The notes below the pieces were generated by a model. That model did not search any database, had not been told where the DNA came from, and saw nothing but the letters and a program-made list of their open reading frames with translations. Positions 1-13,002 of a DNA stretch of 64,000 nucleotides are shown here, piece by piece; position 1 is the stretch's first letter, and every line of letters begins with the position of its first letter. The DNA is from Vitrella brassicaformis CCMP3155 (Eukaryota > Protista > Chromerida), in the NCBI GenBank assembly GCA_001179505.1, contig CDMY01000182.1:1-64000 (forward strand), in the 5' to 3' direction. The translations under genes and the position numbers were made by a program.

Positions 1-167
1 TGATTGCAGCCATGCTGACGTCGCATCTGTACACCCATACTGCCCCCGACGTCCCATACATGACCTGCACAGCACAGCATGGTGCCGGAGAGGTGTGTGA
101 TACAGACAGCAGACCCAACACAAGATGCACCTCTGCCTTCCATCCATCCATCCATCCATCCATGTGC

Positions 168-1585
168 TTACTGCCAGCCTGCGGCAAGAAGGGTCGATGT
201 CAAAGCTGAGCAGCTCACAGTGCCGGCCCGCCGCGTCCTTGCTGCGTACAACAAGCAGGCACCCAACACAACAAGAGACAGTAGATACCACTTGTCATCA
301 TCATCGCCATTGATGCATCCATCCGTGGCTGAGTGACCCTCACTGACCATCGCTCGTCGGCCTCCATCCGAATACCGTACGCCTCCAAAGCTTTGCCTCT
401 ATCCTCTCGCCGCGCCTCATCGAGCCCCACCCGCTGCACCACTCCCAACCCCCCGCGCATCCCTCGTCCATCCGCCATAGACCGGTGCCCCGCCACCGAT
501 GGTGGGACACCACACGGGCACCTCAACGCAAAGAGGGTCTCGCTGTTGGACGCTACGAGTGTCGCACCGTCAGGCGTCCACACGAGCATGGTGTGCGATG
601 GGTCGTGGCTGATGTGGGGGGAGGGTGCCGGTACGCTGTAACGCTCGCGTGCAGAGCTTGTCATGTCGAGAAGGGAGATGGTCAAGGAACTGTGCGCACA
701 GCAGAGGAATACGTGCGGTGCGGCGGGTTGAGTAACTGTGCTAAGGGGCTGACTTCCCGGCTGACTGACCGGTCTGCGTTCGTCTTGATGAAAGCTATAC
801 TCTTGCCGGTCGGGTTCCACCTTACGTCAGCGATCACGGAGCCATCGAACCAGACGCCGCCACCCACACGCATAGGCTCACGATGGCGCATCAGCGTTGG
901 ACAGCATGGGCTGCCACACCTCGATGCCGCTCGTCCACACGAGCGCCACTGTGGGCCGCAGAGCATAGGGCTGCCAATCGAGCCCCACAAGATGGGCCTC
1001 TTTCCCATCAACACCTGTACACATTCACACACATCCACCTACACGGGTCGGTCGGTCTATCTGTCTGTCTGTCTATCTGTCTGATTGCATGTCCGTATAT
1101 GTATCACCTTTGCCAATGGGGCTGGTGCTGTCGGGCACGAGTATCTCCGGCACGACATGGGTGAACACTGCATGTGGTTGCGAACGGGTGAAGGCTGCAG
1201 CCAGGGCAGACAAACAGTAAGGCAGGCCGCATTGTTGCACGCACATGGAAAGACGGTCGTGGCATCTACTTAGTACCAGTCTCAGCCAAGGGGACGCGAA
1301 AAACACTCTGCCGATCGCCACTTAAACCTGTCCGTACGTGTATACACAAGTCAAGTACACACCCTCGTCCGGATTTGTGACCCCTCCATCCGTCCCTCCC
1401 TCACCCGACAAACAAACCTGTGATATGCATGCCGTCTGGCTGCCACACCAACGCCCGGCCGGCAGCCTCTCCCGTACACTGATTGTCGCCGACATCAGTG
1501 CGCCGCACCCATCTGTCCAGCTGCTTGAGCACAGTCGCCTTCGGGCGCGAGCGATAGGGCAACAGTATGTGCCACAAGTTGTTGT
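168..1585 (-). CDS. Multi-exon WD40-like beta-propeller protein (boundaries uncertain)
   Basis: Three minus-strand exons carry propeller-blade turn motifs: ALVWQPDGMHIT (~1430-1460), IADVRWNPTGKSIAF (~790-835) and MLVWTPDGATLVAS (~550-590). They are separated by GT-AG introns with microsatellites. Start and stop were not resolved. Confidence 0.45.
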
Positions 1586-2170
1586 CATGTTAGACGTCTG
1601 AGTGAGGCAGGTAGGGCGAAGGTGAGGGAGGTGCGGATGGCGGGAAACGACTGGTCTTGTGCGGATGACGGCACATGCGAGACGATGTGCAGAGACCTCT
1701 GTCAGGCACAGACACATAGATCAACGTATCCGTATTGAGTGAGTCCAGGTCTCACCACGCCAGGAGGAAGCACAGACCCTTGGGCGCTTCGTGAATGCAC
1801 AAGCGTGCTGAGGAACTCACAGATGGTGTAGCTGTCGTCATCGATGACTGTGGGACGAGCTGCGGGCTGCGAGCGGGGAGTCTTGGGTGTGGCGCGGCTC
1901 GTGTAGGCTCGTGCTTCTGAGCGGATGAGATGCAGATGCAGATGCTGTGCCAGATCTTTCGCTACTCATAGCTGCAAAATCACGCACCAGAAGGAGAGAG
2001 AGCGATTGCACGCACCAAGAGGAGGAGCAGCAGCGGTTTACGCACCAGGGTAAGCGGTTTCGAAGCACCCTAGGCCTGCCAGTGGCCAGGGAGGCGAGCT
2101 CAAATTTCACCTGTCTTTCCTCAATTACATCGCCACACTACCATCGCCTACTCCTGCTGCTGACGATGCG

Positions 2171-4141
2171 ATGTTGTTTGGCTTCCTGAAGCGGGAAGTG
2201 TGGCTGCATTTCCCGTTCCAGGATCTGGTTTTCTGGTATCGCTACTTGCTGCTGTGGGTGACCCGCCCGTCGTATCGCAAGGCGAAATGGCACGTCTTCT
2301 TCAATGGGTGGTGGCTGATGATGCTCATCCGGCACATAGGCGAAACACTGGGACTCATATCGCGCCCCAAAGCAGCTGCCCTGCGTGAGCAACTCGAGAG
2401 ATGCGACGAGAAAGTCCAAGGTACACTAGCACTGATGCACCATGCATGGTGACGCCAGGGTGGCTTTGGTGTGGATGGATGTGATTAGAGCTGGGCCGCC
2501 CCAAGCTTCACACAACCATCAACGCAAAGGTACAATGCTGACCATGCAGCGTTGGGTGTGTGTGTGGTCGTGCGTGCAGGGGCTGCACCTTCAGCGCTTC
2601 AGCTACGAAGTCAAGAAGCCTCGCGGGGCTATCATAGGTACGGGCCTACCTCTTTGACGAGAGGAATGGCCGCCACACAGACAGACCGTTGTCCTTTTGT
2701 TTGTATGATCTGTTGGCCAGCGATGCACGGTTATGCGTCACACTTCCGCTTCTGCTTCCTCACACTCCCCGGGCAGAAATACGATGGCAGCTGGATACAG
2801 AAGTAACCCACACACCACACCCAACCCCCAAGCCCTGTTTGCACTTGCTGTCTCTATGTCATTGGATCTGATGTCATCAATCAGGTTGAATTTTGAGGGC
2901 TTTAGCGTTTATGCATACGACCACCAGGGACACGGCCTATCGGATGCCTGGCAGGACGTTCGGTACAGACAAACACAAAATGAATGCCAGCAAAAACACG
3001 CAGTGGACGGATTTGGGCTGTGCGTGCCTCTGTGTGTGTGTGTAGGTGCAACTGTGAGTCATTTGACGACCTGGTCGATGACGCGGCGGTGGTACTCAAT
3101 GACGTCAGAACAACTGTCGGGTGAGCGACACTGTGCTACACGACACACAGATAGGCGCGCATCCCTACACCCATCCACGAGTCCTCCCTCCCTGTCTGCT
3201 TGTCCCCGTTTGTTGTCAGTGGTTCGGTGCCGGTGTTCATGATGGCGCTGTCGATGGGAGGCAATGTCGCCGCCCAGGCGGCTGCTGGCGCGGCCGGGCG
3301 AATGCTCGACGGCATCGTACTGGTCAGATTGGCATCATAGACATAGACGTATACGCTCGTATGGCTTCGCATGTATTTGGTCTGCTCCTTGTGCAGTTAT
3401 CGCCGATGCTGGACATGACGATCATGAAGGCGGCCAACCGGCCCTTCATGCCCCTGCTGCCCATCGCCAGCCGCATCGCCCCCCACCTGGCCATAGGAAG
3501 CAGACCGGTGAGTAAATGTACCTGGACAGACAGTCAATCTGTGTATCAATGTGCCAGGTGCACATAGATGAGGTGCACGTAGAGATTGTTCTGGACCCGC
3601 TATTCTACACAGGACTGTAAGACAGCTACATACAAAGACCACGCCACACCACAGACAGATGGAGATGTGTGTATCTCTTCTGTGGCATGCACACGTGCAG
3701 GAGCCGTGCCCGCATTGGGTTGGAAGTGATGCTGGCCGTAGACAGCGCGATGAGCAAGGCGTCGTCGATCCGGTGTCCGGTGCTGCTGGTGCACTCCCAC
3801 AAAGACGGCATCGTCGCCCCAGACGGATCCAAGACGTTTCTCCAGAAAGTCTCATCCGAGGTGGGCGAATGACGTGCACGTAAATGGGCCTGATCTATGG
3901 GATGTGTGTCTGCCCTGCCTCTCTCGTGTCATCAGAAAGCCGACTTCGTGGTGGCGGACGAGATGTATCACCATTTGCCGAATGAAAAGGGCAACGAGAA
4001 GGTCAGCAACTGAGACAGAACAGGATGTGCATCGGGTCAGGGAGCCGTGTATGTGTACCTGTGTGTATGTGTTTGTATCAGACCTACGAGCATGTGCTCC
4101 ATTTCCTGCTGGCCCACACCCCGCCAAGAGACACCACATAG
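2171..4141 (+). CDS. Alpha/beta hydrolase, monoacylglycerol lipase/lysophospholipase-like (Hydrolase_4)
   Basis: Spliced exons give HGYASH (oxyanion), FSVYAYDHQGHGLS, ALSMGG (nucleophile Ser), CPVLLVHSHKDGIV (Asp) and MYHHLPNE (His). The last exon reads TYEHVLHFLLAHTPPRDTT* with stop at 4139-4141. Confidence 0.9.
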
Positions 4142-5639
4142 ATAGACAGATCGATAGAAAGATAGACAGACAGACAGATCGACCCACACATGCACATACC
4201 TAGTTGTATAGAATGTCTCGCCCGTCCGCCCGACTGTCTGCCCGCCCGACACGATTGACCTGTCATGTACATATCGACTGAGTGTTAATGCTCATGCGGC
4301 AGCAAGATGCATGGATGGATAATTTTTCCGTTGTGCTCGACCCTTCGGTGAGCGTCTGTCTGTGTGTGTAGTCCACGTGTGTATACGTATGTGTGTGCTT
4401 TTGTGTGTGGTATTGTCGGAATCGTGGCTTGCTCGTGGCTCGCTCACGATTCGATTGCTTGGTCGATACCGACCGCAACAAAACCTTTTACCGCACCATC
4501 CGACAGTAGGACGTACAGGGAAAGGGGAGGGAAGAAAAAGTCGAATCCTGGGCACACATTCGGTATGAAAGCCGCTGTTCTGTGTCCACGTGTGTACGCT
4601 TTCATGAGCTTTCATTGACATAACAGATCGGGAATGCGTCTACGCAGCTCAACTGCATTTCATGCTGATTTCTCGTACGCCATCACATCGCCCCATCCGC
4701 ACAACACACAACCCGCAGCCAGACGAGCAAAAGGGCGCATTCGGTGTGTTTCGGCAGCGGGCAACACCAGCTGGATAGGAGAGATGCCAGCTTGCCTTTC
4801 TGCCTGTCTGTCTTCCTGCCGGCCTGTATATCTGAGACGCCTCAGCTTATCTGTGTGCCTGCAGTGTGTGATTGGACAGTGGAACTCTTCACGTTGGCTC
4901 GTGAATGTCTCTGCAACGGGACATGCTTTTCCTTCATCTCATGGCGACTGAATGCCTTTGGGGAGAGCTCGTGGCCACATATCACTTAGCTGCGCGATTT
5001 TTGTGGTCAGCATCACGGACATCCCGGTACGTTGGCTGCCGTGACTGTTCTCTTGAATGTCTCAACGTCCTCGCTGCCACCCGAGAGATTCTGTTAGTGC
5101 TCACAGCTATCAATCGTTTGTGTTTCCGTATGTTCTTCTATCTTCAATGGTATGGATAGAGAACACCATGTTCGATGCACGACATTCCATCACCTACGTC
5201 GGCGACTGAGACCGCTGGGTGACGACTTCGTCTTCAAGGTACGCGTGAGAAGGAAATGGGGAGGCATGACAAGCCAGTCAGCACCGACACGCACTGTCAT
5301 TGCGCACTATCTTTCCTCTGCCGTTGTATTCAAGTTGTATTTGTGGCTTCTCCAGGCGATGATAGAGCTCACCATCTCCTTGTCTGGCGCAAATGGAAGA
5401 AGAGTTGCGCTGCAGGATGCCTGACTCATTCCTTCTGGTGACTCGGACCTCACCTAAGAAAACTTCGACGCTCCATCCTCTATATCGAACAGCCCCACGG
5501 ATGAGGTCGATAAAGTACTGACAGCAGGGAGAAGGTATGTCGGTAATGGATGGCATTGTCCGAGCAATGGCATTGCCCAAAGGATGGGATTTTCTTGCCA
5601 CCGAGGTGCTTGTTTTCAAGTTGCCCCCCGAGTGATCCA

Positions 5640-6892
5640 CAGACGAGGGGAAATCTGCGGCGGGGAGGTGGACAAGTTTGGCGATCACTTCTACGTGTGT
5701 CACACGGGCCGTGAGCGAGTCACGAGACACAACAACATGCGCAACTTGTTTGTCCGCATCCTGGCTGAAGCAGATGTTCCCTCCAATGTCGAGGTGTCTC
5801 TGCACAGCCTCGGCATCACCCCGCCTGACGACAACCCCAACAACCAGCGCATGGACATCTATTGTGTGATCGACGGCAGTGATTACCTGCTCGACGTCAC
5901 CGTCGCCCACCCCTGCCGCCCTGACAACTCCCCCATACCTTCCACCGAACAGTCAACCGGCGTGGTGCACAGCTCCCAGGTGGCAAGGCNNNNNNNNNNN
6001 NNNNNNNNNNNNNNNNNNNNNNNNNNNNNNNNNNNNNNNNNNNNNNNNNNNNNNNNNNNNNNNNNNNNNNNNNNNNNNNNNNNNNNNNNNNNNNNNNNNN
6101 NNNNNNNNNNNNNNNNNNNNNNNNNNNNNNNNNNNNNNNNNNNNNNNNNNNNNNNNNNNNNNNNNNNNNNNNNNNNNNNNNNNNNNNNNNNNNNNNNNNN
6201 NNNNNNNNNNNNNNNNNNNNNNNNNNNNNNNNNNNNNNNNNNNNNNNNNNNNNNNNNNNNNNNNNNNNNNNNNNNNNNNNNNNNNNNNNCACCAGCACAG
6301 CTCTCAGGTGGCAAGGCGGCCCAGCTTGCGGAGAAAGACAAGATCGACAAGTATGGACCAATCACCCAAGCGGCCGGCTTCCGCTTCGTGCCCCTCGCTG
6401 CGGAGACATTCGGCAGATGGGGAGACAAGACCATGGATTTTCTCAAGATGCTCGCCAAACGAAAGCCTCGCCCCACATCCATTCCCATGGAGGAGGACAC
6501 AGCTTTCCGAGAGAGCATCGTCAACCACTGGAGCCAGCTCCTGTCCGTCGAGTTGATGAAGCACAACGCGTTTCAAGTGGCGAGTCGTGCGCGGCGGCCG
6601 CCAGAGGGCCACGGAGGGCCAGCGCGTTTCCGGAGGACTTTGTCAGCCGCGGGCCATACAGGCCACACACCAGCCCCGCTGCGGGGCTGTAAGGTGGCTG
6701 GCTGGACCTGGGTTCTGAGTGTGCGTGTCATGTTGCATGTCTCGCGCTTGTTTGCAGTGTGCGACATGTTTTCGCAGTCAGCGAGCGCTGTCCATTGTTT
6801 CTGCATGTATTGTTTCGCTTCATTTGCTTGATACGAACTGATGCTTAGACGAACTTCGTCGCCCGTTTCATGCATCTACTTAAAAACAAAAA
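5640..6892 (+). mobile_element. 5'-truncated non-LTR retrotransposon, RLE (restriction-like endonuclease) C-terminal region, family A
   Basis: Zn-knuckle ICGGEVDKFGDHFYVC, then RHNNMRN, RMDI, LLDVTVAHP, AEKDKIDKY and FVPLAAETFGRWG, the motif order of R2/CRE-type RLE domains. No RT domain upstream. A-rich 3' end at 6881-6892. One frameshift at ~5940. Confidence 0.85.
5990..6289. other. Assembly gap (300 N)
   Basis: Run of N in the sequence. Confidence 1.
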
Positions 6893-8369
6893 TCTTGATG
6901 TGCCTCAATTCACAGGCCACTATTACGGGCAAGACGAAAAGTGGCACGGTGGCTTTTTTCTATCGATCGGAAGAATGTAAGAAAGAACATGAACGGCTCG
7001 GAGAGCAAAACTATCCGAGCATATTCATTTGCCCATCTGTCTGTCCGTTGGTGGATTCTCTTTGAGCGGGAGATCATCCGTCGTCAGCGTCTATCTCCTG
7101 TCTGAAATGATGGCACATCAACTTATTCGACGGTTCCCCCGCTTACCACACGATGTTCACACCTTGAGTGATCAGAAGCTGCTTCTGCGCTATGGCTGGG
7201 CTCTCTCTGCTGTGTATCTTGACTGTTTACGACACAGAGGTGGAGAAGCAGAGATCGCGACTGACGTCGCCCTGTTTTGTCTATGCTCTGTCACTATTTA
7301 TGGCTAATGTCACTTGACGGTGTTGCTGTAGGGTATGTGAATGCATTGATTGACTAAGTGGTATATGGGTAAGTCCTCGGTCGATGTCACACACGTGTCA
7401 CAATCGTCCGAATGAATGTCTCATCACAGCTCTCCAGCGATACATCATTCCAGCGCATCTATCTATCTATCTCCATGCGCCGGAGGACCATCTGCCTGTC
7501 CAAGCACACCGCACACTCATGCGCAGCTCCAGCGTGGATCATGACTGCTCATGAGTCGTGTGTGAAGAGTACGAGGCTGTATCGCGAGAAGCCCTCGAAC
7601 CCGTCCAGCACCTGACATTGAATACCACACTACACAAGAATGACGAGACACACATGGGCAATACCTCGTGGCTGTACAGCATGGACGGCAGGCACAATAT
7701 GTCACGCGGCCCAAACTCAGGGAACCTCAAACCTGCACACACATGGCACACACCACGACACCACGGCAACGTATGCACACATGCTACACACTTGGATGAA
7801 GTAGCCATGCTTCCTTCCTTCCTTCCTTGCCTGCCACCCCCCCCCCCCCATCCACCCAGCCACCCACCCACCCACCCACCCACCCACCGAGATTGTGTGC
7901 GACAAAGGGGGCCGATCCCCGCGGGCAGTCGCCAAGAACAGCGATGCCTGAACATATGATTCCTGTTGTGCCGCCGCACGTTTGTGTGCATGTGTGCATA
8001 TCAGAGAGTGAATGTCTGCGTGCGTACAGCAATTGGTGTGCCATCTGTCGAGGGAGTCGAAGTGCGACAGAGCCGCGGAGTCTTTGTTGATGGTCAGAGC
8101 CATGGCGTACCGCCCCTGCAGACAGGCACACAGATGTAGCTGTCCAGGCAGTTGGCTGTGTCCAATCAGCTCTTACACTTACTCACCTGCAGACGGAGCG
8201 GGGGCTTGCCCTCATGATATCCAGACCTGCCATTCCACACAATCAGGAACCCATCAGTGATGGACGTATCTTTCTCATGCGCGTGTGTGTGCAGTCAATT
8301 TACCGATTCCTAGTAAACATATCGCCCATGAGGATCTCTACGTACTCGCCAATCTACAATGCAGTGCAA

Positions 8370-11229
8370 TCAAGAGAGACACATGCAGCTGGTTGGCTGT
8401 GTGGTGCCTGTGTGGCTCTGTGCTGCCATGGAATGTGTGTTGCTTGCCTTGTTGAGGTGTGGCTGGAGATCATCGAGCAGATTGAGGAGCATCGGGTGGG
8501 CCTGCGTCTCCTTGGTGACCGTGGCCTGCTTCTGGCGGGTTCCCCAGACACCCAGATGCAACCCCTGGTCACAAAAAAAGGCATATCTCATACACGGGAA
8601 CATTATCGCTTCCTGCAAAACGTACCTCTATGCCTCGCGAGCTACCGTGAGGGCCCTGCGGCACACGACAGAGAGACAGGGGGGAGAGAAAGAGATCTCC
8701 GCTTCTTTGTGATTGGCTCGTGAACTCACGTCTGTGCGTCCGCTGACTTCACATATCGTTTGCGCTTTGTCCAGGGCATCTGTGTGTTCGATCAGAGTGA
8801 TGCCGTCTCTGATGTAGAAGCCGACCATACGGCCCTCGCACAGCACACCACACGAGTCGACCACATCTCGCAGCAGATTACCGAAGGCCATCCGACACCT
8901 CAGACTGTGCAAGTCCATCCACAGCCGCTGACATACGCACAAGAGGAGGATGAATGCTGCATGAGGCATGGATGCAGTCACCTTGCGTCTCTCCTTCTCA
9001 GCATCTATGAGACTCGTGAGCTGAGTCTTGGACAGGTCGAGGCCGCATTCCCTCAGCTCATTCACCACACTGCACACATGTGGAAACATTGGCTATCATG
9101 ATTTACCCACATTGTATGTGGGGCGGCTGTGTGCGTCCGTAACCTGGTGGGGATGTGGTAGTTGGTCGGCCGTCGCACCATGTGCCCGAGGGTGTGGACG
9201 GTGCCCACCTTCGACCGCACCTCAGAGGCGGAGAGCTGGTGCTGGTAGGCCCCCTCGTCGCCTCCAGAGGTCTCTCCTTCGATCTCATTGCTGTCGATGC
9301 CATACCTGGCGATGGGCTGCACACAAGCAACAACATGGAGACAGACAGAGACGAGATATGCGACATGGAGTGGACACATCACCTTTTCCAGCATCCAACA
9401 ATCATGTCGGGCAGGGATGGTGCACTCCGCACATACCGAACCGTCAGACCGCACAAATCGAACCTCTACCATATCCTCACCAGACGCTGACAGACAGACA
9501 CACATACCCGTCTTTCTGTCACTATCCTTTTTCGGCGCACACACACCCGTCTTGCGCTTGGTAGCATACGTCATCCGCATAAGGTCTGTATCCCTGATCT
9601 TGACGGCCTCGATGACGCCCTTCTCCAGCAAATCATCAGCTACTTCTACGCTGCACAGACACACAAGACATACATACATACGCACATGTGTGGGGGTATC
9701 TGCGTGTGCTTGTGGCCGACCTGTCCCACAGCCTTGTGTTGACCCCTCCGTCCTGTGCGAGTTGTCCGCTGCCCATCTGCAACTGCCTGCGTCCCTCCGA
9801 CCCCTCCCCTCCCTGCCCCTCCCGCAGGCGCGCTTCGTCTATCTCCACACGCCGACGGACGTCGCTGAATGGCGCCGCCGCCCACAGATCTTCCAGTCGC
9901 CTCACCATCATCCATCGCAGCCTATCACGGATGTCATCGTTCGAGCGGTCCAGTGGATGGGTGGCGAGGAAGCCAGCTGCCTGCCATGGCCCATCGAGGC
10001 CGTATGGCGGGCCTTGGCGGTCTTTGGCTCTCACGGCCGGGGTGGATTTGCTCTGCGCACTCGGCCGCGGCGTGTGATGCACTTCGGTGGGCGGAGGGGG
10101 GGTAGAGTCTGCTCCGTTGTTGGGGGCCTCATCGGTCATGTCGTCACACGCCTCTTCTGCCCCGTCGTCATCCGCTGCTGCCGGGGCCGGTGCATCGATC
10201 GCCGCAGTGGTGTCCATCTCGCCGCTGCGTCTCACCGGCACCTGGCGACGCCCTCCGTACGCCTTCTCGACGTCCACACCCATCGCCGCACAGCCCACCA
10301 GGATGAGACACATGCCGTCCGTAAAGGACGCGCACTCAGCATCCGACTCGGACGCCTGCCCTCCGTCCCACTGCCCCCCACGACTCGAGTGCAGCTGCAC
10401 CGCCTGCTCGAGCATACGGCGTATGATGAAGAGGTCTATAGCCGGGCCGGGCCCGCCATTCTCGCTCCGGTAGGCGCTGATGTATGCCTCTTGGATGGTC
10501 ATGAAGAGCAATCTATGATGGCCGGGCAGATCTGAGAGGACGCGACGGAGCCTCTCCTCGGCGTCGCTCTCATGCTGCTTGCCTGAAACAACAAACGCAG
10601 AGAGATTGAGATTAAGAGTCAGCACCGTTGTCTGGGGCGTCTGCGACCTGATGCCTCCAGCATGGCACTGTCATTATCCTTTTGTGGGGCCTTCTGCATT
10701 CATTCATTGTGATCTGATCGACATACTGACGCATACGGGCGGTCCCTTCTGAGCGGGTTGCTCCATAGCGGCCTCTACTTCAGTGGCTACTTGATCGATC
10801 TCAGCCTCGTCCATGTCTTCCCTCGCTGGCCGCTTCTCTCTGCCGGAAACTACACCATCGGCACTGCCGGCAGCCTGATCGACAAGCACCACACATTGGC
10901 GTACAATCATTACAGAATTGACCTACCTTCGACGTGGCCTTGTGATTTGACGTCGGCCGCCTCTTCCTCTTTTTGGCGGCGTCCTCATCCTCGCTACTGG
11001 TGCAATAGCCGTAGCCCGGCTGGTCTTGTTGATGTGACGTTGGCCGCCCTCTCCCTTTGTTGGTGTCCTCATCCTCGCTGCTGGTGCAGTAGCCGTAACT
11101 TGGCCGCCTGGGCGCTGTCTTCCTGGCACGCTTCTTGACGGTGGAGAGGGACTCGATGATGACACAGTCGCTGTTTATTCGACTGACATCCATGTTTTCA
11201 CTGTATTTGTTATTCGGTGAATCACTCAT
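8370..11229 (-). CDS. Multi-exon hypothetical protein (3' end uncertain)
   Basis: Coding-like exons with GT-AG borders: MSDSPNNK... (11229), a long exon at ~9700-10585, then VEVADDLLEK..., VEVRFVRSDG... and ELRECGLDLSK.... No family recognised. Confidence 0.55.
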
Positions 11230-11629
11230 TCAGGCCGACCGGCGACTCTAAATTGCTCTAAATCTCTCTGGACATTCACGCATGGTAAATTGCCAAAATC
11301 GAATGGCTGATATTTGATTGTCTGTCAATTGAAGAAGGGAGACTTATTTACGCATGAAGTAAGAACGCCGGGATTGCTGTCAAATAAGAAGAAGGGGACT
11401 TTTTTACGAACGGACTTTTTATCAACGTGAAACGGACTTTTTAGTCTTAGTATTAGTGAGGTCGGCTCGTGTGTGTCTCTGCTTTTCTGGTTTTTCTGCC
11501 GTCGCCCCGCGCTCTTGAGCCGTCCAGGTATGAAGCGCTGTTGCTGCTCACAGATGCCACAGAGAACCCCACGCCGTTGTTGGTCATGACGATTCAATTG
11601 CATGCCATCAGCGATACGCACGCCGGAAA

Positions 11630-11910
11630 GCTGTCACGCCCATCGGAAAGATGTCACGCCCGCCGGAAAGATGTCTTTCTGCCTCAGTGAGCTGTCTGGA
11701 GCTCGAGAAAGCTGTCTTTCTGTGCAGAAAGCTGTCTTTCTGTATGGAAAGCTGTCTTTCTGTGGCAGAAAGCTGTCTTTCTGTATGGAAAGCTGACTTT
11801 TTGTACAGAAAGCTGGCTTTTTGATGGACCATCTGGCTTTCTGCAATACAGTAAGTATCGCATAAATGCAATACAGTAGGTATCGCAATAGAGTAAGTAT
11901 CGCAATACAG
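11630..11910. repeat. Degenerate minisatellite: ~20-bp GAAAGCTGTCTTTCTGT units followed by GCAATACAGTA(A/G)GTATC units
   Basis: Directly visible tandem copies. Related units recur at 12218-12315. Confidence 0.85.
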
Positions 11911-11924
11911 TGTGACATACGTTA

Positions 11925-12215
11925 ACTCATAGCGCAACGGCAGGCAGAGTCTGTCGGTCTCTCATGAAACGAACTGCGTCAACATCGATCAACCCTCAAT
12001 CATGCGACAAACATGCCAGCACCATCCTCAGCGCCCGCCTGGCGTATCTTCCAGCGGCGCCGCCCACCACGCACACACATACTCGCACTACGCGCCAACG
12101 CAACAGACAGACGAGCACGAACCCACCCCATCACCTGGCCATACGACTTGTCTGCCCACGCAGCCTTGGTGCGCAGCTTCTCAACCAGGCGGCTGAAAAA
12201 ACCGTTGCAATACAT
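11925..12215 (-). mobile_element. 3' fragment of a CRE-like non-LTR retrotransposon, family B
   Basis: Encodes FFSRLVEKLRTKAAWADKSYGQVMGWVRARLSVALARSASMCVRGGRRRW, matching the C-terminal helix consensus of CRE-like RLE elements. Its 3' tail recurs at 33579-33666. Confidence 0.7.
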
Positions 12216-12885
12216 GTAGAAAGCTGTCTTTTTGAGTGGAGAGATGTCTTTCTGCAGCGGCAGATGGCTTTTTGCAGCGGAAGCTATCTTCTCCGGCAGA
12301 TCGCTAGCTTTTGAGCTCGCCATCCAGCTTTTCGCCCAGACCTTGCCTTGTCGTGTATGTGACCATATGTATGGGTGATTGAGACACCCATGGCCGGCCA
12401 CCTCGTGGCCAGTCAGGCCAGGATCACGGCCGTCTCCCAAGCGAAGCAACCGAGGAGGGTTGTCTGCAGTGATGCAGTGATTCACTGAATGACTGAATGG
12501 AATCAATTCATTGATTGACTCACAAGCAAGCACACACTTATGTGACTCGACTGATGGAATGGCGAAGTGTTTTGTGCTCGCGTCTTCTTTTTTCGCAGAA
12601 GCACTTCACTGCAAATGCGTCGCATTCGGATCAAGAGGGCCTGTAAGGCCTCTCAAGGCTTGCCTGACGCTGGCAAGAAGTCTGTTTTATCATGAGAAAA
12701 AGTCCGTTTTACGTGATAATGAATTGTGCAAGGAAACGGACGAGAGCTGACAGACGAAGCGAGTTGGTAGGAGTCACTGAGAAGTCAGGTAGAAGAGGAG
12801 GCGGCCGAAAGGAAGACCGAAGACTCTCTAACTACTCCGTGTAACACTCTGTCCACTCCGTCACCCTCAATGGTGTGGCTCGCAT

Positions 12886-13002
12886 GGGGTGATGCCGAGG
12901 CTGTGCAGAGGCACGTCCACACTGAAGGAAGCAACATATTGTTGTGTCTCGTGACCCGCCACGGGCGGTGTGACACACGCAGAAGTGATTGCCAAACTTG
13001 CC
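12886..13002 (-). mobile_element. Decayed internal fragment of RLE family A
   Basis: The reverse complement aligns by eye to 5673-5825 (CAAGTTTGGC.ATCACTTCT.CGTGTGTCACAC...GTCACGAGACACAACAA...CTCTGCACAGCCTCGGCATCACCCC) with an internal deletion. Confidence 0.85.

Noticed and set aside
11630-11910. CRISPR-like array
   Set aside because: Units are degenerate and adjacent with no unique spacers, there are no cas genes, and the context is eukaryotic.
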